This document shows positions 43,440 through 52,953 of a stretch of 64,000 bases of DNA, in pieces (position 1 is the stretch's first letter; every line of letters begins with the position of its first letter). The stretch is from Giardia intestinalis (Eukaryota), in the NCBI GenBank assembly GCA_000002435.2, contig CM018792.1; one strand, 5' to 3'. A model generated the notes under the pieces. That model was not told the DNA's origin. It saw only the letters and a list, made by a program, of their open reading frames with translations, and ran no database searches. The position numbers were made by a program, and so were the translations under genes.

Positions 43440-45110
43440 CGATGAGCTCGACGGGCTGGAGTGGCAACCGAAGAAGAAATGAGGAAGGCTCTGTTTGAGA
43501 CTCTCAACAAGAAGGCCTCGGGCCGGTCCAGCTCAAGGCGATGAAGCAGAGCGACAGCTTCGTGAAGTACCTCACGCAGGCATACAACGAGCTGACCACC
43601 CACCCCGAGGCGATGCCAGAGGTGATGGCCATGCTCGAGTTCCGGGCGATCCTCATCCCGAAGGAGTCCGACGGATACCGCCCGATCGCGATAGGCGAGA
43701 CGGTGACAAACATCTTCCACCGCGTCCTGCTGAAGGGCTGATCAGGCATGCCAACTACCTCTTGTGCGAACAGATCGCCTTCATGCAGAACGCATACGCG
43801 GTAGGCGTGAGGAGGGCCCACGAGCTCATCAGCAGGACAGGAGCACGCCGTCTCCCTCGACACAAAGAACGCCCTCAACTCGCTCCCGAGGGCGGAGGTC
43901 GTCAGAGCCCTGAACGAGGCGGGCGTCCCGAAGGTCCTGGTCGACTACATCGGGGACTTCCTCGACCTGAGGCACAGCCGGGACGTGAAGTGCGAGGTCT
44001 GCGGCGTCCCCCAGGGCGACCCGCTCAGCATGCTCCTCTTCTGCATGGCCACCGAGCGCCTCCTGAGACGCCTCAGGGAGAGGGGCATCACCTTCCTTGC
44101 CTATGCGGACGACATCGTGGCGTTCCACGACGAGGCCTACCCAGCAGGCGTGATAACACAGCTGGCCATGGGCCTGACGATCAGGAGCGACAATGCAAGT
44201 CCACCATGGCGGGCGAGGAGGTGACCTTCCCCAACCACCCGGTGTCCCCCACTCCTGCCAGTCTCGCGCCGAAGGCCATCGCAGGTGCCGAGACTGCCCT
44301 GAGGAAGATTGAGAACGCCCCCATAACCACCCACCAGAAGCTCATCCTGATGTCACTCTGCGTGGTCCCGATGGTGAACTACGCCCCCCTGGTCGAGATA
44401 ACATCGGATAAGGCGGACTACAAGGAGCTGACAGATATCGCACAAGGCTTCAGCAAGCTAACCAGCAGAAGCTGCGATCGCCTGGTCGACTTCCTGGCGT
44501 ACCAAAGGAGAAGGGCGGCCCGGGCCTGCTCATGCCGGGGTTCTACCACGACGAGCTGCGGAGAGCATGGGCCTCCCTGGACGTCAACAAGGGGACCAGA
44601 GACCCGGTGGAGCTGCCGGTGGAAGGCCAGGCACTGCAAGGGAAGGGGACCTACTCCAACCGCCTCCTCACGCATACACCAGCTTCCGGACAGAGCGGCG
44701 GCGTGCTGACCGAGGAGGAAAGGGCCCTGAAGCAGAGAGATGGCTCGATCATGGGGCAGACAAGAGGCACCTGCCCGGGCTGCCACACGGCAAGGACCCT
44801 CGACCGCGACATGATCGTCACGTGCCTGTACCTCCGCGTCTCAGGGAAGTTCAACGCAGAGCTGGAGGTCAAGACCCACAGCCACCTCAGCGGCCAGAAC
44901 CAGAAGCCCGACATCTGGTTCGTCGACAAGTGCAAGGCGATAGATGTGGGTGTCATCCAGCCCCGCCAGATGGACGCCTACTACAACGAGAAGGTCAAGA
45001 AGTACAGGGACGGGACGCTCCCGATCATCTACGGGACAGACGGATCCCTCCACCCAAGTCCAAGGGGCACCTCGAGGAGCTCCACGTGGACCTCTGTCCG
45101 GGCTGCCTTC
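43440..45110 (+). mobile_element. Degenerate non-LTR retrotransposon (Giardia GilD/Genie-like: RT plus CCHC plus REL-endonuclease) with at least 3 frameshifts, filling the palindrome spacer.
   Basis: RT motif 0 (EEEMRKALFETLNKKASGP..QLKAMK, about 43470-43560, frameshifted). Motifs 1-2 (AILIPKESDGYRPIAIGETVTNIFHRVLLK, 43541..43741). Motif A (VSLDTKNALNSLPRAEVV), B (CGVPQGDPLSMLLF) and C (FLAYADDIVAF) in a second frame (about 43840..44222). Thumb in a third frame (ALRKIENAPITTHQKLILMSLCVVPMVNYAPLVE). Then CPGCH...C and a PD-(D/E)xK block (KPDIWFVDKCKAIDVGV) in ORF 44532..45359. No frame is intact across them. Confidence 0.8.
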
Positions 45111-45766
45111 GCCATCGCCCACATGGCTGCAAAGGCGAACGAGCACCCGACGAAGCTGATCAGACGGGCCGGGCCGAAAGCCTGGCCACCCAGAGCGACC
45201 GTCTCCTGTCATCCTACTTCTGACAACCGAATGAGTCCATCCCCGGGACCTGTCGACAACGACCGAGAAGGGGCGCAAGACTGGACACACAACCGAGTTG
45301 AATCCCAACCAGAAGAGAAAGCCCCGCTAGCTGCTGCTGATATACATGGACAGTATTGAGAATGACAACAAAGACCAGAGCTTCACTCACCGTGAAGGGA
45401 GAGCAAGGAGAGGCACCCTAGTAGACCAGCAAGCCTGCAGGACGGCTTGATCTCTGAAAGAACCGATGTGCACACCCAGTCTGAGCTCACGCCCACGGAA
45501 CAGCCGAGGAATGCAGATAGCTCCTCCCTTCCACTACTGTGGTCTTTGTATTGATACACGACCAACCCTCGTCTCCGGACTAGTCAGGGACTGAGCAAGA
45601 GCTTACCCGTGAGATCTCTGGACCATACCTGCAGGCGAGGGCCCCAGCAGCACACCACTGGAAGCAACCGGTGGGTGGAGTAAATCATCATCATCATCAT
45701 GTGTCAGTCACACGGATTGGCTGAATATATCGCGATTCTGTTCCTATCAATCTACCAGATTGGTTA

Positions 45767-47989
45767 ATGTTCGGCAGTTTTATATTCGCGGGCCTAGCCA
45801 TCCAGATTGCATGGGCAGAAAAAGTAGCAGAACGTGCGCGGGAAGCTCACTGCGCGAATAACGCCAATTGTGCAGCAAACGCATGCAACGTTCTGATCGG
45901 TGGTAAATTGTATTGCTCTCAATGTAACACAGGATTTGTTCCTATCAATGGAAAATGTGTAGGCAAAGATGATGTAACAGATAAATGTACAGCTGCCGAT
46001 GGAAATACTGCATCTGATGAGACCTGTGCAAAGTGCGCTGGTCAGACTTTTATGTACAAGGGCGGGTGTTACGAACAAGCTATTGAGCCTGGCAATGTGA
46101 TGTGTGGAGGAGCAGCTGGTGGTAAGTGCACACAGGCTACGGAAGGATACTTTCTACCGCCGGGCGCTGATAATGCGCACGACTCGGTTGTTTCGTGCGG
46201 AGATTCGATAGGCGTGACGCTTACTGGCAATAAGAAGTACACGGGCGTGGATGGGTGCACTGCCTGTGACGGATTACAATTAACGGTAGAGGCCAGTGGA
46301 GTTGCTAAGTGTACTGCGTGCGGCCCTGATGCGCAGCAAACCGCGAGGATTGTTAAGACGGACGGCGACGTGACGTCGTGTGTGACGGAACATGAGTGCA
46401 CGAGTACTGCAGGCTTCTTCGTCGATGCAACAGGCAGTAAAAAATGCACCAAGTGCGCTGAGACATGCAAGACCTGTGAGACCGAGGCTACGAAGTGCAC
46501 CTCTTGCAATGAGGACAAGCCGTACCTAAAGAAGGCGCAGTCACAGGATCAGGCAGGCGAGTGCGTGACTGAGGAAGCGTGCACGAGTGGAAACACCCAC
46601 TACGCCGACGATGAGGAGCCGAAGACGTGCAAGCCGTGCACGGCAGGAACGTTTGAGAACTGCAAAACATGCACCAAAAGTGACACCTCCGTTACCTGCA
46701 CAGCGTGTAAGGAAAATATGGTATTTGGACTCGGAAAGAAGTCGTGCATTAGTAGCTGCCCTGATAACTCAGAAGCCAAGACCGAGAATACTTGCACGTG
46801 CAATGATGGATTTAAACTTGACGAAGAAGAAACACAATGCGTGCCAAATGATTCCCCTTCAAATCCATGCAGTACTCAGGATTGTAAGGCATGCAGTGGT
46901 GCACAAACAAACAAAGAGATCTGCACCGAATGTCTGTCCAACAAGTATCTGACGCCAACAAACCAGTGCATAGACCACTGCGAATATATTCTAGGCTACT
47001 ACAGTAGCACAGAGGGCAACAAGAGGGTCTGCAAGAAGTGCGAGGTCGCCAACTGTCTCGCGTGCAGTGAAAATGGCGGGTGCGGTCTCTGTAAGGACGG
47101 CTTCTACGGCGAAGCGTGCTCCCCTTGCGATTCCAGCTGTAAGACATGTAGCGGAAATACTGCCAATGATTGCACAAGCTGTAAGTCTGGAAGCGCGCTC
47201 ACCTACGGATCCACAGGAAACACTGGCACATGTGGGGCCGAGTGCGCGGCGGGCACAGGCACAGGCAAGTGCAGGGAGTGCGGTCTGACTGTTGAGGGGA
47301 CAAAATACTGCTCTGTCTGTAGTCAAAACAACGAGTATCCCCAGAACGGCGTCTGTGCTGTTAAAACCAGTCGCACAGATAAGTGCAAAGATGGAAGCAT
47401 TACTGGTGGCGTGTGCAATGTCTGCGCAGACGGCTTCTTCAAGATGAACGGCGGCTGCTACTCCACCAGCCAGCTTCCGGGGTCGACAGTGTGCTTGAGT
47501 GCGCAGAGTACAGGCGGAACCTGCAAGACTCCGGAAGAAGGATTTAGCCTGACAGGCGAGAGCCTTGTGGCTTGCTACACTGGGTGCGCTGAGTGCACCA
47601 CCACTAGGGACTGTTCTAGGTGCATGGACGGATATGTGAAGGTCGGCAGTGCCTGCACGAAATGCCACGAAAGTTGCTACACCTGCGAAGCCGATGCTAC
47701 TACATGCAAGGTATGTACTCCTGGATATTACAAGGAGAGTAGTAGTAATGGGCCGTGCAGAAAGTGCTCCGAGGGGCTGGCTGGATGCAGGCAGTGCGCG
47801 ACACCTGTTAACGGCAAGTTCATATGTTTCGAAACGGATGATAATACCGGCGACAATACTGGCGGAAGCACGAATAAGAGCGGGCTCTCCACGGGGGCCA
47901 TCGCGGGCATCTCCGTCGCAGTCATCGTCGTCGTTGGGGGCCTCGTGGGCTTCCTCTGCTGGTGGTTCATATGTAGGGGCAAGGCGTGA
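45767..47989 (+). CDS. vsp: Variant-specific surface protein (VSP), 740 aa, copy 2. Identical to 40302..42524 and head-to-head with it.
   Basis: Identical 740-aa translation ending ...FLCWWFICRGKA. AGTAAAC polyA signal at 47997..48003. Confidence 0.93.
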   Translation: MFGSFIFAGLAIQIAWAEKVAERAREAHCANNANCAANACNVLIGGKLYCSQCNTGFVPINGKCVGKDDVTDKCTAADGNTASDETCAKCAGQTFMYKGGCYEQAIEPGNVMCGGAAGGKCTQATEGYFLPPGADNAHDSVVSCGDSIGVTLTGNKKYTGVDGCTACDGLQLTVEASGVAKCTACGPDAQQTARIVKTDGDVTSCVTEHECTSTAGFFVDATGSKKCTKCAETCKTCETEATKCTSCNEDKPYLKKAQSQDQAGECVTEEACTSGNTHYADDEEPKTCKPCTAGTFENCKTCTKSDTSVTCTACKENMVFGLGKKSCISSCPDNSEAKTENTCTCNDGFKLDEEETQCVPNDSPSNPCSTQDCKACSGAQTNKEICTECLSNKYLTPTNQCIDHCEYILGYYSSTEGNKRVCKKCEVANCLACSENGGCGLCKDGFYGEACSPCDSSCKTCSGNTANDCTSCKSGSALTYGSTGNTGTCGAECAAGTGTGKCRECGLTVEGTKYCSVCSQNNEYPQNGVCAVKTSRTDKCKDGSITGGVCNVCADGFFKMNGGCYSTSQLPGSTVCLSAQSTGGTCKTPEEGFSLTGESLVACYTGCAECTTTRDCSRCMDGYVKVGSACTKCHESCYTCEADATTCKVCTPGYYKESSSNGPCRKCSEGLAGCRQCATPVNGKFICFETDDNTGDNTGGSTNKSGLSTGAIAGISVAVIVVVGGLVGFLCWWFICRGKA

Positions 47990-47996
47990 CTTAGAT

Positions 47997-48003
47997 AGTA
48001 AAC
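47997..48003 (+). terminator. Giardia polyadenylation signal AGTAAAC (AGTRAAY) 7 nt after the VSP stop. Its mirror is at 40288..40294 on the minus strand.
   Basis: Exact match to the AGTRAAY consensus, which normally lies within about 10-30 nt downstream of the stop codon in Giardia mRNAs. Confidence 0.7.
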
Positions 48004-50539
48004 GCGTCCATCGTTATACAATCTACTCTACTCTTACGAGGTCCTGCTGGGGGACAGGGAAGAGCCGCCATGCCCTGCACCTGACTACTGCCCGAGTGAC
48101 CATCGTGGGGGACACAGCGATCGTGATGCTCGTGAAGTGGTACGATGCCGGCTCTGGGATCACGCCGCCATCCAGGCAGATGCGTACCATGAAAGGTCTC
48201 TTGTTGCCACCGTCCAGAGGCTCGCAGGACTGCGGGGCTCAGGCAGCCTCTGTCCCATGAGCGAGACTGGCCTCGCTCGGCGCCTCCAGCACTCTGCAGC
48301 TCTGCGTCCTGCCGACCGCCGTGTGCCGACTGACAGTAGTGGGCACTGCATCGCGCAGACACGCAGTCGTCAGCCACTGTTCCGGGTTCCAGCGCCCCTT
48401 CTTCTGTGATCACGTCTGCCTGGCTGGGGTCGTCCCTCCATCCAGAAGCCCGTCCTCTGCAGCCTCTCAGGGGGGGCGCTAAGAGTTGCTTGTCCAACCC
48501 GGGGCATCATAGCGTTCATACTTCGGCTGGACAAGTATCGCGGGCCGTCCTCGTTCACTCTCTGGGCCAGGACGCCAGGTCTACCCGGGCCCCTGCCTGT
48601 CGGCGCTCACTTTCGCAGGCATGCCATATATCTGACAGGCCTGTCTCGCGCGGATGGGGGCACCTTGGTCTGGCTCATCTAAGAGTGGTCCTTCGGTTTG
48701 ACACGACCCTGCATAGCACGTAACCTCTGCAGAGAACGCCCCGCCTGATGACTGCGTGTAGCCTCAGGCAGGTGCATCCTCCTTCCGCACGACTGGAGCC
48801 CGCTGTCCGCTCTTCGCTGCCGCCTGTTTGCAGCTAGGTCATGCCAGAGAGTTGCATGCAGAAGCCTTCCTCACCCAATCGTAAGCTTGTGCGATCCAGC
48901 ACGTCTTGCTTAAAGAGACAAGAGATCACCCTTCCCTTGAAGACAGCCGTGCCGCTATCAAGACCCGGTTCCGTTCATGCCTGGTTCCATGTGCTTGCCG
49001 TCCTTAAGCAGACAGCCCGTGCGCAGGGGGCTATGTTCCCCGCATTGTAGGGCATCAGAAGGTGAGGCATCTTCCTTGCGTCGCATGAATCGCACTGGCC
49101 GCCTGTCTTTCCGCACAGTGTTCAAGGCCGGATGCATCGTGGTTGAAGTGCATGCAGTCTTCCCGCGCCACAAAAGGAGGGGTGCAGCATGGTTCGGGGC
49201 CGCACTCTGGGGCGTCGCTGTTTCATCCTGGAGTAGAGCGCGGGCTCCCTCGTCTGTGGAAGTCTGCTGCCATAATAACCTGCGCTCCCGTCTATGCAGC
49301 TGCTCCGCCTCGGCTGGCTTCTAGCCTCGCCCCTCTGTCCGCGACAGGGCCCTGACCTGATGTCATGTTCAGAGGCAATGCCTGGTCTGCCCGGATGTAG
49401 CAGGACCCTTAGCCCCGTACCACCATCGCCTGGGTCCATCCGAGGCGCGGGAGGCTGGCGATTCTCATGCCTGGATCCTCATCCCTAGTGACGGGCTGAT
49501 CGGTGTCTCTCTGGACCGGCATGCGCAGCGATTCGAGATCTGCGAGGCAGCCATCTATCTCTGCTCGAGCACCGGCTTTGGCCACTCTCAAAGGGGCCGT
49601 GGCTTGTAAGCATGGGCTCAGCATCCTTACCAGGAGCAGGTGCACAGACAGCAGGAGGGTAATAAAGCCTTCCTCAGCACGTCGCTGGCATCCTGCACGT
49701 CCACTCTGTGTCACAAGGGCGTACAGTAGCCACTCATCGCAGCTGTGTTCGCGCTTGGCGGCCTAGGAGGCCCTGTGGTCCACCGGGCAAGCCGCTGGCG
49801 AAGAAGCAGCGGACGTCCCTTTGCCACTGCACCTAGGGAGCCCTCAAGATGCTTTTTCTGTGACGCTCCCGGCTGGCTCCAGACAAATCGCGGGAACCTC
49901 GCGCCTTCTGGACACTGTCTCCCCACTTCGGAGAGGCGCAAAAGCCACCGCTCGGCCGCCACTTGCGCCGGTTCTGTTAGCTGCTACGCGCCTGCACTGT
50001 GCAATAGGATACCCTGCCTTCGGTGACCCGGGGCGGCCTCCAGGGACCGGAGACTGTTCGCATGGCGCCGGCACTCTCGCTTGGGCCTGACAGTGACGTC
50101 CCGCTTCTCCCTACGAGACGGCGCTCCGCTGAACGAGCAGCTCTGCTGGCGGTCCAGAGGATTTGCTTGCTGGCTGTACAGGGCACAAATTAGGCCGCAG
50201 AGTTTTGCTTTATCAGCCTGCCCCTTGCGGAATTATAGATCGAGCAGCCCCTAGGCCACTGCGGTGACGCAGCTTTACTGCTGCAAACAGATTGGCAGTT
50301 GTATAAAGGTGTGCCTGTAGAGAAGCCCGTTAGTACCCTGCAGTCGCGTTGAAAGAACCTCCACTATCCCTCGATGATCCATCCTCTAGCTCAAGAGCTG
50401 TGGCGCCACATAAGGAATCGCATTCAAAAGGATTATGAAAATCATAGTTATCAGAATACTAGTAACCGTAGCAATCGTAAACGTCATGATCGTCAGGAGC
50501 ATGATAATCGTGGTCATAGGAGTCGAGTAATCATAGTCG

Positions 50540-52591
50540 TCATAGTCGACAATAGTCGCCACCGGTCTTGCCATTGTTGCCATCGTCGGCATACCCTCCA
50601 GCTATGGGGGTGATTTCTATGTCCTCCTCCCCCATAAGAAGCTTCGCACACTCTGGCTTATCTAGATATGTTGCCCACGCGAGAGCAGACCAGCCACTGG
50701 CGTCCTGCACACATGCCTCCTTCTCCAAGAGGAAGGGTATGCACAAGGCACTGCCGTTGGCCGCCGCATGCACAAGAGCAGTCGCGCCTCTTATGCCTGT
50801 CATACATGCTTCCCTCTCTAGCAAGCTTAACGCATTCCGGATGGCGATACCGTGCTGCTATCATGAGCGCCGTCAATCATCGTCATCCCTCATGCCGTCC
50901 TCGTGCTTCACCAGAAGCCTCACTGCCTCTGCGTCTCCTCTGTCCGCAGCCCTCATGAGCGCCGTGACCCGGCCTTATCCGTAAGGTCAAGGAGCTCCAG
51001 CATCGGCCCCTGTCCGGCCTTGACGGCAGGAGTGTACACCGCGTCGCCGCCTCGTTCTTCTTGTCCTTTTCACCAAGGTGCTTCTGTGCCGTCTTGAGAT
51101 CTCCAGTAACGGCAGCGCGCATCAGCCGGGTCCACGAGGAGTCCTTCGCAGGGACCCGGAAGGATAGGGACCTCGTGCCGCTCGCTGCAACCTGGTCGGT
51201 CGATTCGATGGAAGCCCCGTGCCCGTCTGCAGTGTGCTGCTCCCGCCCTTTGGTGGAACGGCCCGATGGATGCGCCAATGCCTCTGATATGCTGAGCGGC
51301 ATCTTCGGGCCCTGCCTCGAAAGGACAGACTCGGCACTGGCCGCAGAGACTCGCCCGTGCTTGCCAACTCGCCGGCCTGGAGATCCGGGCCCACAGCAGA
51401 CGTCCCGCACGCAGAAGCAGGCTGGCGAGCTTGGTGGCTGTTGGTCACCACTCGGGGTCTGAGGCAAAGACCCTCCCGAGGACATCCCACACGAGATCCT
51501 TCACAACAAGGCCCAGATTCGGCTTCCATCCGGCGACAAAGGGGCCTTTGCGTCTTACCCGTCCAGGAAGCTCGGCCCCTTCAAAGTGGCAGGCTCGCAT
51601 GCGATAGCACCAAGGGCCCAGAGATCGGAGGCCGCGCCATCTGAGGGCTTCAGGATCCGTGTACGCGGGGCCCTCTGCCTCCGCACTGCCACTGTGCAGA
51701 GCGTTTCTGTGGACGCGAAGTCTGCGAGCACGACGCGCTGTTCGTCCTGTCTAATGAGGGCGTCGGCGGGCGTGAGGCTCTAGTGGACGATTCCCTGGCA
51801 GGGCGCTCCGCTGGCGTCCTCCCAGCAGACGTCATGGAGGTAGGTAAGCCCGGTAGAAAGCTGCTCCATGATGGACAACACCAGGCCCTCAGCGACCGGC
51901 TCGTCGGCCTGCATGTGCTCAAGGAGGAGTTGTCCTAGACTTCTGTGGCCGCGGTCCATGGTTGTGTAGACAAAGCAGCTCGTTCTGATTACCCGGTGGT
52001 ATCTGAGGACGCTCGGGTGCGAAACCCTGGTGAAAGCGTGCGTCCGGAGTTCGAGACCACCCAGGGCTCTTGCGCCCAGATCGTCGCATATGCCCGCAAA
52101 GCCCCTGGAGACTGAACTCGGGGACGCGAGGGCCCTCGGGGCTTCTAGGGGAGGGAGCCTTCCCGCGCTCGTGGAACCCCCTGCAGTGCTCCTCGCAGCC
52201 GAGCGAGCATCTCTGGGCAGGCATCGCTCGACTCCGCCTCTAGCCGGCAGACTAGCGCCTCTGGCAAACACGCTCTAGTTCTGCCACTCCAACCCCCACT
52301 GCCTTGTTCAGACAGACGAGGAGCCGCATGCCAACCGCGAGCAGGAAGATCCGGCCAGTGACGTGGCAAGGCGCAATGTCTGTCGGTATGCGTCTCCTAG
52401 CACTGCACAAGAGGCGCGCTGTGGTCCATGAGCAGAAGGACGGGTCGAGCGGGAAGGCAAACCAGGGCTGGACCTCTTCCTCGGCACCAACGCATGGGAG
52501 CTGTCCGCCGGCATCCATGAGTGCGTACTCTAACTCCAAGATAGAGGCATACGGGGAGCACACCCTTGATAGTGGGACGGACACCCGCTCC
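50540..52591 (-). pseudogene. Second copy, identical and mirrored, of the NEK kinase plus ankyrin pseudogene.
   Basis: Mirror of 35700..37751. The same TAG sits in the HRD position (ORF 51780..52271(-) ends GIVH-stop). Confidence 0.7.
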
Positions 52592-52953
52592 ACGAGATGA
52601 CAAGAAAGTATCCGGTGAGCTTCGGGCCATCCCGAGGTTCATGGCGTATGCAATCTTCGTCATAGAGTACCAAGGCCCTAGGCTACGTGGCCAAGATCAC
52701 TGCTTTCCACTCCATACAGAAGTTGGCCCCAAGGGGGCTGAGTGAGAGAAAGGAGAAGCCCAGACGGTGTCGCAAGAGCAAGGTCACGACGCTCAGAGCG
52801 AGGAGGCGCGACACCCCTCCCCTCCCCAGAATCGGGCGGCCTCCAGGCTCTCGGGGTCAACCGCGCAGGGCGGGGGAGAGGCCCCAGCGGGCCTGCTCGG
52901 GCAGCGGGTGGCAAGCAAATTCTACAAAGATTTACTTCTAAGAACGTAAAGGA

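Larger units (their letters stand above)
45629..52916. repeat. Right arm of the perfect 7.29-kb inverted repeat.
   Basis: Mirror image of 35375..42662, with x mapping to 88291-x. The inner junction was checked by eye: 42650-42662 is the reverse complement of 45629-45641 (cctgcaggcgag shared, then acagcg versus accata). Confidence 0.9.

Noticed and set aside
43495-44709. 404-aa ORF in the spacer, considered as a possible intact gene.
   Set aside because: Its translation is Arg/Pro/Gly-rich nonsense for the first about 240 aa and only the last about 90 aa (RT thumb-like) looks protein-like. The RT motifs lie in other frames, so it is a chance open frame across a frameshifted retroelement in GC-rich DNA.
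52687-52941. 84-aa ORF MAKITAFHSIQKLAPRG... at the outer edge of the right arm.
   Set aside because: It is the mirrored copy of the GC-rich extension in front of gene 32794-35331. Its shared part ends exactly at the repeat boundary and it runs into a stop 25 nt later, so it is a by-product of the duplication, not a gene.
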